This document shows, one piece after another, positions 25,685 through 26,756 of a stretch of DNA of 26,756 bases. The notes under the pieces are model-generated. The model was not told where the DNA came from. It saw only the letters and a list, made by a program, of their open reading frames with translations, and did no database searches. The number at the start of each line of letters is the position of its first letter. The stretch's first letter is position 1. This DNA is from Lawsonibacter hominis. GTDB taxonomy: Bacteria > Bacillota > Clostridia > Oscillospirales > Oscillospiraceae. A program made the translations under genes and the position numbers. The stretch lies in assembly GCF_014287895.1 (NCBI RefSeq), contig NZ_JACOPP010000032.1, positions 1-26,756 of the forward strand. The letters are read 5' to 3'.

Positions 25685-25715
25685 TTTTATCAATGCGCGC
25701 AGGAGGAGAACCGAT

Positions 25716-26639
25716 ATGCAGTTTTATAACATCCACTGTTTTATCGTCCTGGCGGAGGAACTGAACTTTACCAAGGCAGCTGAAATTATGAACATGACGC
25801 AATCCGCATTCAGCAAGACCATATCTGCGCTGGAAGACGAAATCGGTTGCAGGCTGTTCTATCGTGACCGAAGGCATGTAAGGCTCACGGATGCGGGGGC
25901 CGCTTTCCTGACCCACGCCGAGAATATAATGCAAGAGTTCAATAACGGTGTTACATATGCCCGTCACGCAGAGCAGGGAATGCAGGGGCTGGTCCGCATC
26001 GCGTTTTTGAGCTGCTCTATGCAGACCATCCTGCCGACATTAATTTCGGCGTTCCGCGAGCGCTATCCGGACATTGAAATTGAGCTGTATGACGGAACAC
26101 AGCACCAAGTCATCGAATATTTGAACTCTGATCGTGTGGATATTGCCATGTTTGCCGATTTGGGCTTGAATAGTCTGGAAAACTGCAGCTTTAAAACCCT
26201 GTACCGGGATGAATACTGCATTGTGGTCAATCAGGATCATCCGCTGGCTGATCGGGAATTCGTGGACTTTTCCATGTTTCAGTCTGATACATTCCTGTCC
26301 ATTGGACGCAACAGTATTTATAGCCACCTTACGATCTCCGATATTAATGTAATCGTCAAGGCCTGCGCCGCCTATGGTTTTATTCCTAAAATTGTGCATG
26401 GCGTCAATTCCCTGACCAATCTTCCGCTTATGGTGGAATGTGGAATGGGGATCGCTGTACTGTCCGAACATATGAAGCTTTACGCATCAGATCATGTACG
26501 GTTTTTACGGCTTTCGGATCATAAATTGTTTTTTTCGGGAATTGCCGCTTGGCGCAAGGGTAATCTCAACCCCTGCCTGCAAAAATTTATTGACTTAATC
26601 TATGAGATGTATCCAAACCAAGCCTTGTTCGAACCGTGA
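25716..26639 (+). CDS. LysR family transcriptional regulator
   Basis: N-terminal HTH (FIVLAEELNFTKAAEIMNMTQSAFSKTISALEDEIGCRLFYRDRRHVRLTDAG) and C-terminal substrate-binding domain. RBS AGGAGGAG. 307 aa, transcribed divergently from gntP. Confidence 0.9.
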   Translation: MQFYNIHCFIVLAEELNFTKAAEIMNMTQSAFSKTISALEDEIGCRLFYRDRRHVRLTDAGAAFLTHAENIMQEFNNGVTYARHAEQGMQGLVRIAFLSCSMQTILPTLISAFRERYPDIEIELYDGTQHQVIEYLNSDRVDIAMFADLGLNSLENCSFKTLYRDEYCIVVNQDHPLADREFVDFSMFQSDTFLSIGRNSIYSHLTISDINVIVKACAAYGFIPKIVHGVNSLTNLPLMVECGMGIAVLSEHMKLYASDHVRFLRLSDHKLFFSGIAAWRKGNLNPCLQKFIDLIYEMYPNQALFEP

Positions 26640-26749
26640 TAAGGTAAAATAAGTTGCGCAAATATAAAAGAGGATAAAAAGAGACATGGTTTGCAGAACT
26701 CTGGTAGAATGAAGTTGCGACACACCATTCTGAAAGGAGTCTGTAAACC

Positions 26750-26756
26750 ATGTCCG
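26750..26756 (+). CDS. possible start of the next CDS, truncated by the window end
   Basis: ATG preceded by GAAAGGAG 10 nt upstream and a TGgTAGAAT extended -10-like element at 26702-26710. Only 7 nt lie in the window. Confidence 0.25.

Noticed and set aside
1-26756. CRISPR arrays, transposases, integrases, toxin-antitoxin pairs and restriction-modification genes.
   Set aside because: No regularly spaced direct repeats and no ORF with recognisable nuclease, recombinase or toxin motifs were found. The only acquisition signal is the codon-usage shift after 23040.

Overview
This is a high-GC (about 65-70%) window with Firmicutes-style signals: AGGAGG-type ribosome-binding sites, a Cheo-type LexA box, an rpsO-pnp pair and an ACT/UPF0210 pair. 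It is probably a Clostridia chromosome, mostly housekeeping and accessory-metabolism genes rather than a mobile region. Reading 5' to 3':

- A minus-strand SOS cluster, lexA, a VOC/glyoxalase-family gene, a small hypothetical gene and xth, packed tightly enough to be one transcript. It is driven by an autoregulated lexA promoter whose LexA box overlaps the -35.
- A divergent MarR regulator followed by a heterodimeric ABC exporter pair with one degenerate ATP site. The second subunit carries an internally repeated insertion of roughly 90 residues between its permease and ATPase domains.
- An SDR oxidoreductase and a nitroreductase.
- A minus-strand operon of DUF1836-like, NfeD and flotillin genes under a consensus promoter with an A/T-rich upstream element.
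- rpsO and pnp, each with a structured leader, and a convergent mtaB.
- A monocistronic HPr-like gene.
- A YfbR-type HD 5'-deoxynucleotidase.
- The conserved uncharacterised ACT (UPF0237) plus UPF0210 pair.
- A standalone cytoplasmic molybdopterin oxidoreductase with an unusual CX3CX3C cluster motif, placed 5 nt upstream of pgi.
- An orphan 137-residue RecA/KaiC-like P-loop protein with its own promoter and terminator.
- From about 23040 to the window end, a block with clearly lower third-codon-position GC, encoding a divergent DapA/NanA-family lyase, a GntP permease and a divergent LysR regulator. This looks like a horizontally acquired sugar-acid catabolic island.

I found no CRISPR array, tRNA, rRNA or transposase. 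The most interesting items are the orphan mini-RecA-like ATPase, the Mo-oxidoreductase/pgi arrangement, the ACT-UPF0210 pair, the low-GC island and the lexA-led repair operon.
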